Positions 51,561 to 64,000 of a stretch of DNA of 64,000 bases are shown piece after piece; position 1 is the stretch's first letter; each line of letters opens with the position of its first letter. This DNA is from Azolla caroliniana (Eukaryota > Plantae > Polypodiophyta): assembly GCA_043228905.1 (NCBI GenBank), contig JBHGNT010000011.1, forward strand, positions 12,028,001 through 12,092,000. The letters run 5' to 3'. The notes under the pieces were generated by a model. It had not been told where the DNA came from and did not search any database. It saw only the letters and a program-made list of their open reading frames with translations. The position numbers and the translations under genes were made by a program.

Positions 51561-51924
51561 ATGTTAGTTACCATTACTATGGATGATGAGGCTGTGGAAA
51601 TAGGAAGAGTAATTGGAGAGACGCCAAACAGCCGGCGGCCAGACAATGCCGGCCGACGGACGGAGATGGATCGATTACCGGCGGAGAGAGGCCGACAAGT
51701 CCGAGAAATAGCACAAGAAAGAACTAGAAAAAAATAAGAGCTAGAAAATGAGGAAGTAAAAGAAAAAAAAATGAAGTAAAAGAAAAACACACGAGAAAAA
51801 GAGAACATAAAAGAAAGAGAAGAAGGGGACGCACACAAACAGAAATACTAGAAGAAGAAGGAGAAGGAAAGCAGGAAGAAAGAGACAAAGAAAATGAGTC
51901 TGATGCCAACACAACTATAGGAGC

Positions 51925-53936
51925 AGAAAGAAAGAAAGAAAGATATATTAACGTCTTTCAAGGCCAAAATTGGCCCATGAGACAAATGGTTTACAATAAA
52001 AAATGGGATATTTACCCATTCATCAAAAGTAAAAAATAAAAATAAAAATAGAGTTTTTTAAAGCTAAATAGTTCTAGTAAAATAACAAACATGTTCTACA
52101 ATGAAAATGATGTTATACTAGGCCTAATTTCATTTTCATCCAAGTCTCTCGAAGAGAAGCGGGAGGTCAAAGGGTTTCGATGTGGATGTTGCCTGTGGCC
52201 CCAATGTAAAAGGTACCCCAACCATAACTTCTAGTCGACGTAGCTCACGTTCCCTTATCTTCTTAATCCTTTCTACTCCGTGTCGACTTGTTTTGAAGCC
52301 CAACATCCGAGGGCGTTTGGTTGTTCTTTGCATTTCGGCTTCCTCAAGAGAGAGGCCGAGTGGCGTAAGATAGTATCCACATTCATCGTCTCCCCTTGTT
52401 CCTGAAAAATTACACTAGTTACAAGTTGAGGAATAGTAAAAGGGTTATAGTTAACACTTTGTAATTTATTCTCCCTATGTTGTTTTAGCTCTAAGATATA
52501 CCTACCTAGTCTCTTTACATCCGAGGTATCTAATAGTTTGGAGAGGGTGGGAGAGGGTCCTAATATGTCTTGGTATTCCACTCGTATCTCGGCATAAGTT
52601 GGGCACTTGCATGTGAAGTGATACTCATCCGCTATCTCTATGTGGCACAACCTACATAGCCTTTACTCTCTAGGGACTCTATTAGCCCAACCATTCTCAA
52701 TCTCAAGTTGGTGAGATGATATCCTAAGTTGTCCAATGGCAACCCTTAGTGCATTTGATAAGAATGTATCTAGATATCTTGGTCGTGTAATAAAACCTAA
52801 CTGAGAGAAGTGCAAGAAGTGTTCCTTATAGTACAACATTTTAGATGGGAGTGGCTCTCGTGGGGTGATCCATTTATATTGAGTGTAAATTTGCCATATT
52901 TCTTGGTGTATCACTTTATTACGGTCTTCATGAGATATTAGAGTTTGATCAATCCCATGGTTGTACTTAAGGGGGGGTAGGTTATTAATGTCTCTGCCAT
53001 TTGCAAGTAACCAACTCACCACAGTGCTATACTAAGAGCGAGTGTATTAGAGACATGTACTAAAGTAAGCATTAGATAAGGATAGATCTAGGTAGATAGA
53101 AAGAAAGGAGAGAGAGAAAGAAGGGTGCCGATCCACCCGACCACCCCCGAGCGAAGGGATCGAGACGGACTCGAGCCTCGATCGGCATCCCATACCACTG
53201 CCGTGGCATCGAGTCATACCTCGTGTTGGCGCGCTCGCTACAAGAGTTGACCCACCACAAGATGATGAAATGAGGGTAGCTATGCCTCTTATTTATAGAG
53301 ACACCCAAGGTCCCCAGCCAAGTTCACACTTGGCCTAATGGGTTGTCTCAATCCTGAGGATTAAAAGTAATCCTCCCCTTCTTTACACTCTCGTTTAACC
53401 CTCACACTTATCCACGTGTATAGAATACTACGGTAAATTCTCACCACAGGATATTATATGGTCATGCCCGTAACAGAGTGTCTCCAGATGCATGTAGGGA
53501 TTGGGATGCCTCAAAGGCTCGACGAGATATCCTATCTTGTGGTTGGCTATGTATTCGACGAATAAAAACTACCACTTGAAATAGTGCTTCTACTAACATC
53601 AAGGAAAGACTAAACTCTGCTCTGATAATGTCATGTGGTATTGTCGATTTGCTTCGGAGTTGACGTGATAACATCGTCACAAAAGGTCTCTCTAATTGCG
53701 TCCACATGAAAGATGGTAGACCTGGAGCCTATACTACTGATGCATACATGAGGGAAGGGGTCACTAATGAGTCGAAGAGCCATCCCTTAGTCCGTGGCTC
53801 TTGAAAGTATGCCTGGTGGCATTGTCTCTCTAAGAGTGAGAGGGATGCCTACCCTCTCGTTAGCCTATCTTTGGTTGCCTAGGTCATCGAGAATTTACCT
53901 AAGCGAGCACTAAAAGTGTCTCCCAAGTATACATAT
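51925..53936 (-). mobile_element. 3' part of another RTEX-like LINE copy (decayed), interrupted by a solo LTR and cut by a Copia insertion
   Basis: Homologous to 26660-28221: (TTTC)n tail, GGCCAAAATTGGCC hairpin, LRISSHQLEIENG and PLLFERLG. Confidence 0.92.
53045..53475 (-). mobile_element. Solo LTR with 5-bp TSD GAGTG
   Basis: GAGTG at 53040-53044 and 53476-53480. Minus-strand start TGTTACGGGCATG pairs imperfectly with TATTAGAGACATG. TATA box CTATAAATAAG on the minus strand. LINE sequence resumes exactly on both sides. Confidence 0.85.
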
Positions 53937-53977
53937 TGTCAAAGATTTCTTGCGGAAGCGTTAGAAAGAACAATACA

Positions 53978-54023
<46 letters not shown>

Positions 54024-54715
54024 AAGACACACTATATTTTGAAAATTATATGAATACTCTGTGTTCTTTGTCTATATCTACAACGCGCTCATCAACGCTA
54101 TTTATACAAGTCCACACAGGACTGTTAGAAGTACGATGTACTTCAATGCTCACACGAGCATCTAACACTAACGACGAGACTATAACTGCCTAGTAGTCTA
54201 ACCTATACTAGGCTTCTAATTACGGATTGGATCCGGCATACCGGCTCCCCAACTCACCGGTCCTTACTGCTTACCAGCTCGGTTGCTCACTAGCATACCG
54301 ATTCATCTCGCTCATAGTTGTAACATACGTAGCATACCGTACGCATACAATACGTATGCTACGTATTTTATAAGTATTCTAAAAATAATTTATAAGTTCT
54401 TAGAATATGTATTTAAAGGTAAAATACATTGAATACGTTGAGTTCGTTGAGTACGTTTTGAATACGTTGAGTACGTTTTGAATACATTAAAAACATCAAA
54501 TACTTAAAAACCAATTTGCAAAGGTACTTGTAATTTGAATACTATATACTTGTAATTTGGATAAACGGTTATCTATGTTTCAATACATTAATACATTATA
54601 CAAGTGATTTACATATTTTTAAATGAAAGTGGACACTAGAGATTTGAGATTCGAGAACACAATTGAAGTTTGAAGTTTGAACCAAAACACATATCAAAAT
54701 TGAACCAAAATTGAA

Positions 54716-54785
54716 CTTTGAAGTTTAAACTTTGAAGTTTAAACTTTGAAGTTTAAACTTTGAAGTTTAAACTTTGAAGTTTGAA
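54716..54785. repeat. 14-bp tandem repeat (TTTGAAGTTTAAAC)n inside the hAT
   Basis: Directly visible, about five units. Confidence 0.9.
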
Positions 54786-54848
54786 TCAAAATTAGAATAG
54801 ATATGTAAAAGTTAAAACCAACAATACATATCTCCATGCAATTTTCGA

Positions 54849-57642
54849 TTATATTTCTTCTTCTAAATCATCATTAGAAGATTCCGTTGTTGTATCATCA
54901 TAGTTGTCCACATAATCACTATCAGAAGATGAATTAACTATGGCATTGTCAATGTCTTCATCCTCTTTATCTCCATCATCATTACCAAATTCAGCATTGC
55001 AAGCCTCGGTTGTAGTTTGTCGAGTAATTATCCTTCTTGTACTTGCAACTCTTGCACAAGCATGACTACGAACATATCCACGACCCTTTCGAATAGTGTT
55101 AGAACTTGATTCCACCAATCCTTCATCCACTATCATATCGGTAAACTTAGATCTACTTCGAGTAACCCGACCAATATGCATAGCCTCAGCTTCCTCAAAA
55201 TATGCTTGTGCGAATTGAGTATCAATATTGGTTGTTGATGGAGGCATTTCAGGAGTCTTGTCAATGTCTATCTCATCTGGATTTACCTAAATCAAATAAT
55301 ATTTTGGTATCATAATAATGATTTACAATATTTAAACCACAACCAATTAACAAGGCTTGTTAATTAACCTACAAAATTCAAATGGTTTTCTAAACATCAA
55401 ATATCAAACATGAATAAGAAAGATGTAGACCTGCATGAGTTTGAAAGCTTCGAATAAGCCTTAAGTTTTCTCTAACATATACTAATCTCTCCACTTGTTT
55501 CACCTTCAAATGGTTCCTCCTTTTTGTATGTGCTAATGCATGTGCATTCCAATTTCTTTCAGCAGCTCCAGAAGAGCAATCCTATGACACAAAGTTTTAA
55601 GAAAACAATATATGTCATTGTACTATATAGAAGATTAATAAAATTGAAACATTAATAAAAAATGAAATATAATACCTGAGACAATACTCTACAAGCTAAC
55701 GATTGTAGTAAGGGCACATTGTCCCCATATCTTTCCCACCATGAGACAGGTTTACATTTTGCAATGTGTGATTTTGATAGTACATTGCTGAATCGGCCCA
55801 CACCATTCCTATACATGTCAAATTGATCTTGCAAGATTTCGCATTCATCTATAGAATATACCTTTTGAATATATGCAAGCCATCCATCTGTCATCTCTTC
55901 ATTCATAACTATTGGTTGATCTTTGGGCTTCCATAAAGGATGCAAAATATGTGCAACAATATGAATTGGTTTTTTGAACCACGACCAACAACAATCAAAA
56001 CATTCCAAAACCTCTTTATATCTGCACTAACATTTGAATTTGAATCAAAACTCGTAAAAAGTTACCAAAATATGCATAACGTAGTTGATATCAATGATTT
56101 AAAGAAATGAAAAAGATGCAATAAACAACAAATGTACATACTACATAGTACATAGAAACATATTACCTGTCCTTGTTTAATGTATTCTCTCTCGCGCCTT
56201 GTTGCAATTTGTCTCTAGCCCTCCTCATGAACTCATAAAGTAAGCCCATTGTAGATCCTTCACGATCAGTTAGCCGCAAAATAGAAAACAGTGGACGCAT
56301 AATCGAAATTACAATCATAATTGATGGCAAAGTAGAGTTATCTTGCACAATGGACTTCACCTTGACCGCATCTGGCTTTTTGGAGTCATTCCAATCCTCC
56401 CAATAGTTACTAACCACAGTTTGTTCAAGGGCTCTCCAAACTCTTGCCAGCCTCTCAAGGACAATAAGAATGTAGCCAAATCGAGTGGCACTTGGCCTAA
56501 GGAGCACAAGAGATGAATAGTTGCTGAAAATGTTTCGTGCATTCCTTTTCTTGGAGAATAGTCTAACCACACAATTTGTTCTCTTGTGCACTTGATGAAC
56601 CCAACTCAACTTCCCAATATCCTCTAGCAATAAATCTAAACAATGTGATGCACAAGGAGTCCATACAAGGCTTGGGAATTCAGTCTCTAGAATGTGACCC
56701 ATGCTAACACAATTAGATGCATTATCTGTGACAATTTGCACCACATTTTCTACTTTTACTTCCTTTATCGTAGTTGATAGCATTTCAGCCAACCATGGAC
56801 CATCAACCCTTGTAGAAACACCACTACAATCAATAGTTTTAAGGTACATTGTGCCATAACAACATGAGACCAAAATATTCACAAGTGCTCGCTTGCTAGT
56901 GTCAATCCATCCATCTGAAAGTATGGTAACTCCATATTTTGGCCAAAGGGCTTTCACATTTTCCACTGTGTTGCACATTCAAATGCTCTTTCTTTAAATA
57001 TTTAACTCTTAAATCATTGTAGGTAATACCACTATACTTTTCCCCAATATCAGAGAAAGCTAACAACATGTTCCTCCAACATGACATTTTCAAAAGATTA
57101 AAAGATAGATTACCTTCCACAATGCATCTAACCAACATTGTGTTTGCATGGTCTTTCTTGATCAACATAGCGGCACTTGATCCTCTCCTTATTGTGCTTT
57201 GAGTGAGACTTTTTCTTCTTGAACCTTCTGTATCTTCAATATCAATAGGAATTTGGTCTATTGAATCCTTCTTAGATGAGGCACATATGCTATCCATTGA
57301 AGGTTGTGATTGGAACATTGAATCAACCATTGAATCCACCATGCCTTCTTGCTCAATTTGTTTTTCCATGGCTTCTACTTCTTTAATGCGTTTTAGCTTC
57401 TTGCGAGTCAATTCACTTTCTTGTGCTACTGCTATAGCATCTTGATATGCCTCTAGAGTTACTTGCTCACACTTGTCTATACCTTCACCTTTAATTCCAG
57501 CAAGGTGAGCAACTAAACGTGTTAGTGTCCCAGACCCATGAAAACCACATAATTTGCAATCCCAATAATAGTTCCCAGATGACTTCCTAGCTTGTTTGTT
57601 CAAACAATATTTATCCCATAAGGGAGATTCCTTGCGTGGCAT
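54849..57642 (-). pseudogene. hAT transposase, intron-containing, frameshifted near 56970
   Basis: BED finger WDCKLCG...RLVAHLAG..C, then GVTILSDGW, VVQIVTDNASN, WTPCASHCLDLLLED, PSATRF, PVSWWERYG..LQSLACRVLSQ|DCSSGAAERNW and an acidic tail. Introns at roughly 56166-56022, 55675-55582 and 55430-55287. Confidence 0.9.
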
Positions 57643-58355
57643 GGTTGATTGAGGACGACAAGTTCTACAGACTCGAAGTTGTCTTTTATATTGTCCTAAA
57701 TTCATGAATCCACAATGTTAAATGTGTGAATAAGGAAATAATGTGATGTAATAATGCAAGAAGAAATTGTTTAAAATTTAAATGATAGGCATAAGCAAAT
57801 GGCAAATTTGAATGGAAGATACTTGCCTAAGAAAATGGCATTCCATCCCCATCAAGAGGAAAAAATTATTATTCATTATAAATGAATTATAAAAGAGCAC
57901 ATAATCACGGAACATTTACCTGTGATGTTGGTATGCTCTTGTATGAAGACACTATTCTTTGATAATTCACCACAAACTATCAATGTCTCTATCTGCCACC
58001 AACATTGTTGTATTAAAGAAGGGATAGACACACATAAAACCAAAGCATACATGTAACATGTTGTATTATACTATAGTCTATTATAAATTCCAAAATACTT
58101 GTTCCAAAATCTCAAGAGTGATAGTGAAAATTTAGTGAGATATCATGACTAGGAAATAGATGTAAAGAGTGTCACAATTGTATGCATCATGAATCATACA
58201 TGTATACAATACAATACAAACACGCACACACACATGTACATACACACATACATACAATACAATACATATACATATGTGTGTGTGTGTGTGTGTGTATTGT
58301 ATTGTAAATGCTCACTTCTTCTCTTCCTTTCTTTCTTGCGTGGCCAAAGGAAGGC

Positions 58356-59042
58356 ACAAGATAAAGAATGAGATAATTGCCGCCTGTTGTCGAGAGCTGA
58401 GATTTAGCTCTTCCCCATCCCTCCGCTCTATGCCTCTCCATCTCACATTGAACACATTCTCCAATGATGAGGTTTTTCTCAAGACATCTCCCTCTTCTTT
58501 CTTCTCCAAATTAGGAGGCCTTTTAATGGCTGGTTATGATTGAATTAACCAGCCATTAAAAGGCCAAGATTAAGCTCAATTTGATGTCTATTCCATGTCA
58601 ATGTGAATGTCATCAAGGATTGAAAATGTATCTATTGTATATAGTCTATTTATGATTAAAATTGCTTTGAAATTTTATGAAATTCCGGTCAAATTAGCAC
58701 AAGATAAAGAATGAGATAATGGCCGCCTGTTGTCGAGAGCCGAGCTTTAGCTCTTCCCCGGACCCCATCCCTCTACTCTACCCCTCTCCATCTCACACAA
58801 AAGACATTCTCCAATGATGAGGCATTCCTCATCTCCCTCTTCTTTCTTCTCCAAATTGGGAGGCCTTGTAATGGTTGGTTATTCAATCATAACCAGCCAT
58901 TAAAAGGGCTAGATTAAGCTCAATTTGATGTTTATTCCATGTCAATATGAATAGTCATCAAAGATTAAAAATGTATCTACTGTATATAGTTTATTTATAA
59001 TCGAAATTGCTTTCAAATTTTATGAAATTTTGGTCAAATTAG
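58356..59042. repeat. ~340-bp tandem duplication in the hAT 5' region
   Basis: GCACAAGATAAAGAATGAGATAAT.GCCGCCTGTTGTCGAGAGC...TTTTATGAAATT..GGTCAAATTAG occurs twice. Confidence 0.9.
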
Positions 59043-59533
59043 GCCAAAAATAAAACTTTGTTTTATGCTCTCTATGTGTGCACTGTGTAAGATTAATTAA
59101 CACTAAAATTGAAAGCTAGAGTTTACTATATTCTGTATAATAATATAATATAATCAAGATTCAAGAAGCAATATTAGTTCATATACCATAATACCTGCGT
59201 AAAAACCTAGGTTGTTGGAAGCTTCAGAGTTCGGATTTCCTTTAGATAGCTTCCATATCCTGCTGAAAAACCTAGTGTCTGCAAAACGTAGGAAATTGTT
59301 ACAAAAACCCCCAATTATTTTCTTTTTCTCTAGTAAAAAATACCCTACAAAAATAATTTTTAAATTATTTACAAATTTAGCCTTAGAAAAAATGACAAGT
59401 CCAAAAGGTTGAATACGTTTAGAATACGTGTGGGTATTCTAAAACGTACTCTATCTATAAAATACGCGTTTTTTAACAACAATGATCTCGCTTATTCAGC
59501 TGATTCGGCTCCGGTTGAGCTTGCTGCTCAACA

Positions 59534-62500
59534 CTCCCCCTCAAGCTCAACCTGAGGTAGGGTCGTAGTGTCAACCTCTGTGGCAACCGGTTCTTCCAAC
59601 CAACTTCTCCTGGCGTCGCTTCGCCTTGCTCGCGCTCCTTGTCCGGTCCGGTCCCGTTTGCCGCGACCCCTTTGGTTCTGTGCACCTCGACCTCCCGCAT
59701 GTCTGCTCAATAGGCCCATCTCAGCTCCTTCGCTGCTATGACTCCGGCGCTTGCCGATCCGTCGGTTCCACCGCGATGGCATCGACTTCCGCTGCGCCCG
59801 TGTCTCCTTGGCCTCTCGTTGATCCGACTCATCCGGGTCCGTTTGTTGATCAGAATCGGCTGTCTCCGACTCGTTCCAGCTGTTGTCCGAATCGGTATCC
59901 TCCGATTCGATTTTCGGCTTCAGGCCTCTCACCACATCGGACCACTTCTGTGTCTTGGCCTTCTCCTTGCTTCCCTTGGCTTCTTCAGCCGGTTCACCGA
60001 AGTCGAATTCTTCATTCGACTCCGCATCATGGCCATTACGATCGTGATGACCTTCGCATAACATGCACTTCTCTTCCTGAGTGTACACTTCTTCTTTACA
60101 GCCGCTCACTCCGACCTGTTCGGATGTGCCGACTTCCTTCGTCGACTTGGCTTCATTTTTCTTCTTGTCTCCACCTCTACCGGTTCTTCTCTTACCTACG
60201 GGTTCAACAATTTTTTTGCCTTTGCCCGTTTCGGTAGTGTCTTTGCCCTTGCGTCTCCCCCTCAAGTGCGGCACGTCGAGATGCTGAACACCAAGCATTT
60301 CGGTAAAGTGCTGCAACTTGTCCGACCTGAGCAGCTTGGTGAAGATGTCGGCAACTTGTTGATCTGTGTGAACATACCGTGGTTCAACTTCACCGCTCAG
60401 GACCCGCTCACGCACGAAGTGATAATGCACTTCTATGTGCTTTGTGTGAGCATGGAACACAGGGTTCTTGGCGAGCTGCATGCTGCTGATGTTATCGCAA
60501 TAGATCAGGATCGGGGTCGGTACCTCGATCCGCAGGTCTTGCAGTAGTCGCCGAAGCCAAATGGCTTCGCAGGTGGCAATGGTCGCGCCCCGGTATTCAG
60601 CCATTGTTGGCTGCTTTTTGCTGCTCCACGCAACAGCCGTGCTCCCAAGAGAAAACATAAAGCCGGAAGTTGAGCGACGATCCGTTGCATCGCCAGCCTA
60701 GTCGGCATCCGTGTAGCCGACAAGATCTTTGGTTATACCTTGCCGGTATAAGAGCCCCCGGTCCTTAGTGCTGCTTACATACCTCAGTATTCGTTGCGCG
60801 CATTGAAGGTGCTCCATGGTCTGCTTTTGCATGAATTGGCTTACCACTCCGACCGGATAGCTAATGTCGGGTCGGGTGTATTAGGCTTCCGACTATTTGT
60901 CGGAATTGTTTCTCATCGCAGGCTGGTCCGGAGTGGGGATGGATCTTCTGATTCCGGTCCAGGGGTGTGGAGACAGGTCGGCATTCCGTCATGCCGAACT
61001 TGTACAGTATATTCAACACATAATGGCGTTGAGAAAGCAATATACCGTCGGGGGTGCGGATCACCTCGATCCCCAAAAAATAATGAAGGTCCCCCAAGTC
61101 CTTCATATCGAATGCGTCCGACAACTGGGACTTGACGCGGTTGATTTCCGGAAGACCTGGGCCGGTGATGACTAAATCATCAACATAGAGTAAGATACAT
61201 ACAGACCGTTTGAGCCTTGACGGATGAACAGGGAAGAGTCCGACTTAGAGGCAACAAACCCCATCTTTCGCAATTGGTGCGTGATCTTAGCATTCCAAGC
61301 ACGGGGGGCTTGCTTCAAGCCGTACAACAACTTCCTCAGTCGACATACCGCCGACTTGTTCACCTCCGACTGAAATCCGGGGGGCTGAGTCATAAAGACT
61401 TCTTCTTCAAGATCTCCTTGAAGGAAGGCATTCTTCACATCCATCTGATGAAGATGCCACCCCCTTGCCGCAGCAACCGCCAGTACCACATGAACCATCG
61501 TCATCTTCGCTACAGGTGCGAAGGTCTCGTCGTAGTCGATTCCGTGGGTCTGCGCATATTCCTTCGCCACTAACCGAGCCTTGTACCGGTTAACTGTACC
61601 GTCGGTATTGTACTTTATCTTGTACACACACTTGCATCTGATCGGTTTACAGTGACGGGGAGGGTCAACCAGGTCCCAAGTTCCGTTGGCATCCAGTGCC
61701 CGCATTTCTTCCTCCATAGCGGCACGTCAATTTGCGTCCTTTGCCGCTTTTGCGTAGCTCTCCGGCTCACGCACTTCCGCGACCTTGGTCATGTACGCAT
61801 AATGATGCGCCATGTACTCGTTATACCCATACCGTTTAACGGGATCCTTCTAGCGGGTGGACCGGCGTAACTCACCGTTACCCGGTATGAGACCCTTCTT
61901 GGCCGGTTCGGTCTTCGTTCCCGAAGATCTGCCTATTTCCTTGCCGAAGTCAGATACGCACTGATCTAACTCATCATTACCGGTCTCAAATTCTGGCATC
62001 TTCTGCTTCCCTTTTTCTTTGCGTGTGAACCGTCTCCTCGGTTCCTTGCACGGGGAGAGCACGACAGAGTCTCCACTACTCGCCGTCTCATCATCCGACT
62101 GGTTGGACTGATCCAGTCTCTTATTCGGTCCACTTAACCGGAACGATTCCGGACTCTCATCTTGAGTCCCAGCTTCATCTTTCTCTACCTGGGCCGGTTC
62201 GGGCTCACTAGCCCCATCCTCCGACATCGGGTCGGGATCGGAAGTCGGAGTCGGTAAGGAATACCACGATGCTGATTCATCAAACTTGACATCTCGGCTG
62301 ACTCAGACCTGCTTCGTCTGGGGGTTATAACACTTATACCCCTTTTGCTCTTGAGCATAGCCGACTAGGATGCATTTTTCCGATTTTGCATCCAGCTTTC
62401 TCCGCTTCTCATCCGACACATGTACATAGGCTATGCTGCCGAATATCTGGAGGTGTCTCAAATTCGGCTTGCGCTCGAAATACAGCTCGTGAGCTGACAC

Positions 62501-64000
62501 CTTGTCCCCGATCCGGTTCTGGATGTAAACGACCATTTGGACCGCCTTTGCCCAGTAGAACTTGGGCATGCTCTTTTACTCCAACATTGCCCTAGCCGCG
62601 TCAATCAGCGACTGATTCTTCCTTTCGGCCACACCATTATGTTGCGGTGTGTATCTGCAGCTGAATTCTCGCTGAATTCCTTTTTGTTGCATATAGCTGT
62701 TGAATTGGCTGGAAAAGTACTCTTTTCCGCCATCCGACCGTAGGCATTTGATCTTCCTCTCCGATTTCCGTTCCACCATCTTCTGGAGGCTCCGGAAACA
62801 CTCAAAGACTTCGCTCTTCCGCTCAATGAGGTAGATCCATGTATGTCGCGTGTAGTCGTCGATGAAGGAGACGAAATATCGACTCCCGCCAATGCTAACA
62901 TTTTGTGTCGGTCCCCACACATCCGAATGGATAAGATCGAGCTTGTTACGGCTTCGATTTCTTTCGGTGGGGAATGGAAGCCGGTGTAGCTTCCCGAGTT
63001 GGCAGGCTTCACAAATCTGGGCTCTCCGGCCGCTAAACTTCGGCAAACCGAAAACGACTTGTTCCGTTTGTAGGTCTTGAAGCCTCCGGTAGTTGACGTG
63101 GCCGATCCGCTTGTGCCACAGGTCGATATCCGACTCGACCTTCGGTCCTTTGGCGAACAATGCGGTGCCGACGTCATTGGTGTTGAGGATAAACATCCTC
63201 CCATCTCTGCGCCCTTGCGTAATAACTTCGCCCTCATCCTCAATGAAGCACCTGAGGTGCGTAAACCGCACTTGCATCCCCTGGTCGACGATCTGTCCGA
63301 CCAACACCAGGTTCTTCGTGATTGTCAGAACATGTAATACATTCATCAGCTTCCCCCTTTGTCCGATGTGACTCAAAGGGACCTCTCCGACATACACGAT
63401 CGGGTGGGGAGTGTCGTCTCTGGTTTCGACAACTCCTGGTTGATCCGGCTTCTCCAAAAAGGAGAACCACTCCCCGTGGCTCGTCATGTGGTTCGATGTG
63501 CCGGAGTCAACATACCACACTTCCTCCGATTTGGAAGTGATCTTCTTCATTGAGTTTGCCTTGTGCTTCATCACCAAGGCTGGCCCCTTACCGTTCTTGG
63601 ATCCTCCCGATCCGTTTGCGTAGTGCGAGCTTTGCCGGCCTTCCTTACCGGTCTTGCCGGATCTGGTTTGTCCGAATTGGCATGCTTTCTCCAACACTCG
63701 CTTTCCCTGTGGCCCTTTTTGCCACAGTACCAACATTCCGTAGCGGATTTGTCTTGCCAGCCTCCGGCACCACCTTGACTCCCCTTGCTTGTGGAAGTCC
63801 CGGAACTGCTGTCGGCACGCTCACTTTGCCTTTGTTCCTGGTCTTGCCGGCCGCCTCCATTGCGTGCCGACCTACCTCGTCCACCACGCCCGCGGGACCG
63901 ATCCGCTCCCGTGTACAACATCCGGCTGTCTGGGGATGCACTAACGTGGTTCTCCTCTACAAGGAGCATCGACTGTAAGTTGAAAAATGAGGGCGTATTC
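59534..64000 (-). mobile_element. Ty1/Copia internal region (gag end, protease, integrase, RT, RNase H), frameshifted, continuing beyond the window
   Basis: [67 protein letters not shown] and HTKHIEVHYHFVRE. PPT CTTGAGGGGGAG abuts the LTR. Confidence 0.95.

Larger units (their letters stand above)
54313..59484 (-). mobile_element. Complete hAT DNA transposon (BED, DUF659, hAT dimerisation) with 8-bp TSD
   Basis: TSD ATCTCGCT at 54305-54312 and 59485-59492. Imperfect TIRs CATAGTTGTAA / CATTGTTGTTAA. ATACGT subterminal motifs at both ends. Confidence 0.93.
53937..59533 (-). mobile_element. Copia 3' LTR (~420 bp; 53937-54312 plus 59485-59533) split by the hAT element
   Basis: Begins TGTTGAGC right after the PPT and ends CGCTTCCGCAAGAAATCTTTGACA at 53937. 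Confidence 0.85.

Noticed and set aside
59626-63978. Many plus-strand ORFs over the Copia
   Set aside because: Antisense shadows of GC-rich pol sequence.

Overview
Eukaryotic land-plant genomic DNA, AT-rich and dominated by transposons. The TDIF-type CLE gene, PLS-class PPR remnants and RTEX-like LINEs suggest a fern or other non-seed vascular plant, but this is inference. Four intron-containing host genes can be rebuilt by hand: LSM8 (+, 16827-20232), an h-type thioredoxin with an atypical WCASC active site (+, 23201-24173), a CLE41/44 (TDIF) peptide precursor (-, 37636-38609) and an Erv41/ERGIC-family ER-vesicle protein (-, 44613-47540). The rest is nested Copia, Gypsy, LINE and hAT elements. 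The most notable element is an apparently intact ~5.3 kb non-LTR retrotransposon (-, about 26656-31995). Its ORF1 and ORF2 are in the same frame, separated by a single UGA in a UGA-CGG readthrough-type context with a predicted downstream stem. Three other copies of this family are present. Two of them share its 3' hairpin and (TTTC)n tail, and the family appears to favour GA microsatellites. A complete hAT element with a perfect 8-bp TSD sits inside a Copia LTR, which itself sits inside a LINE.
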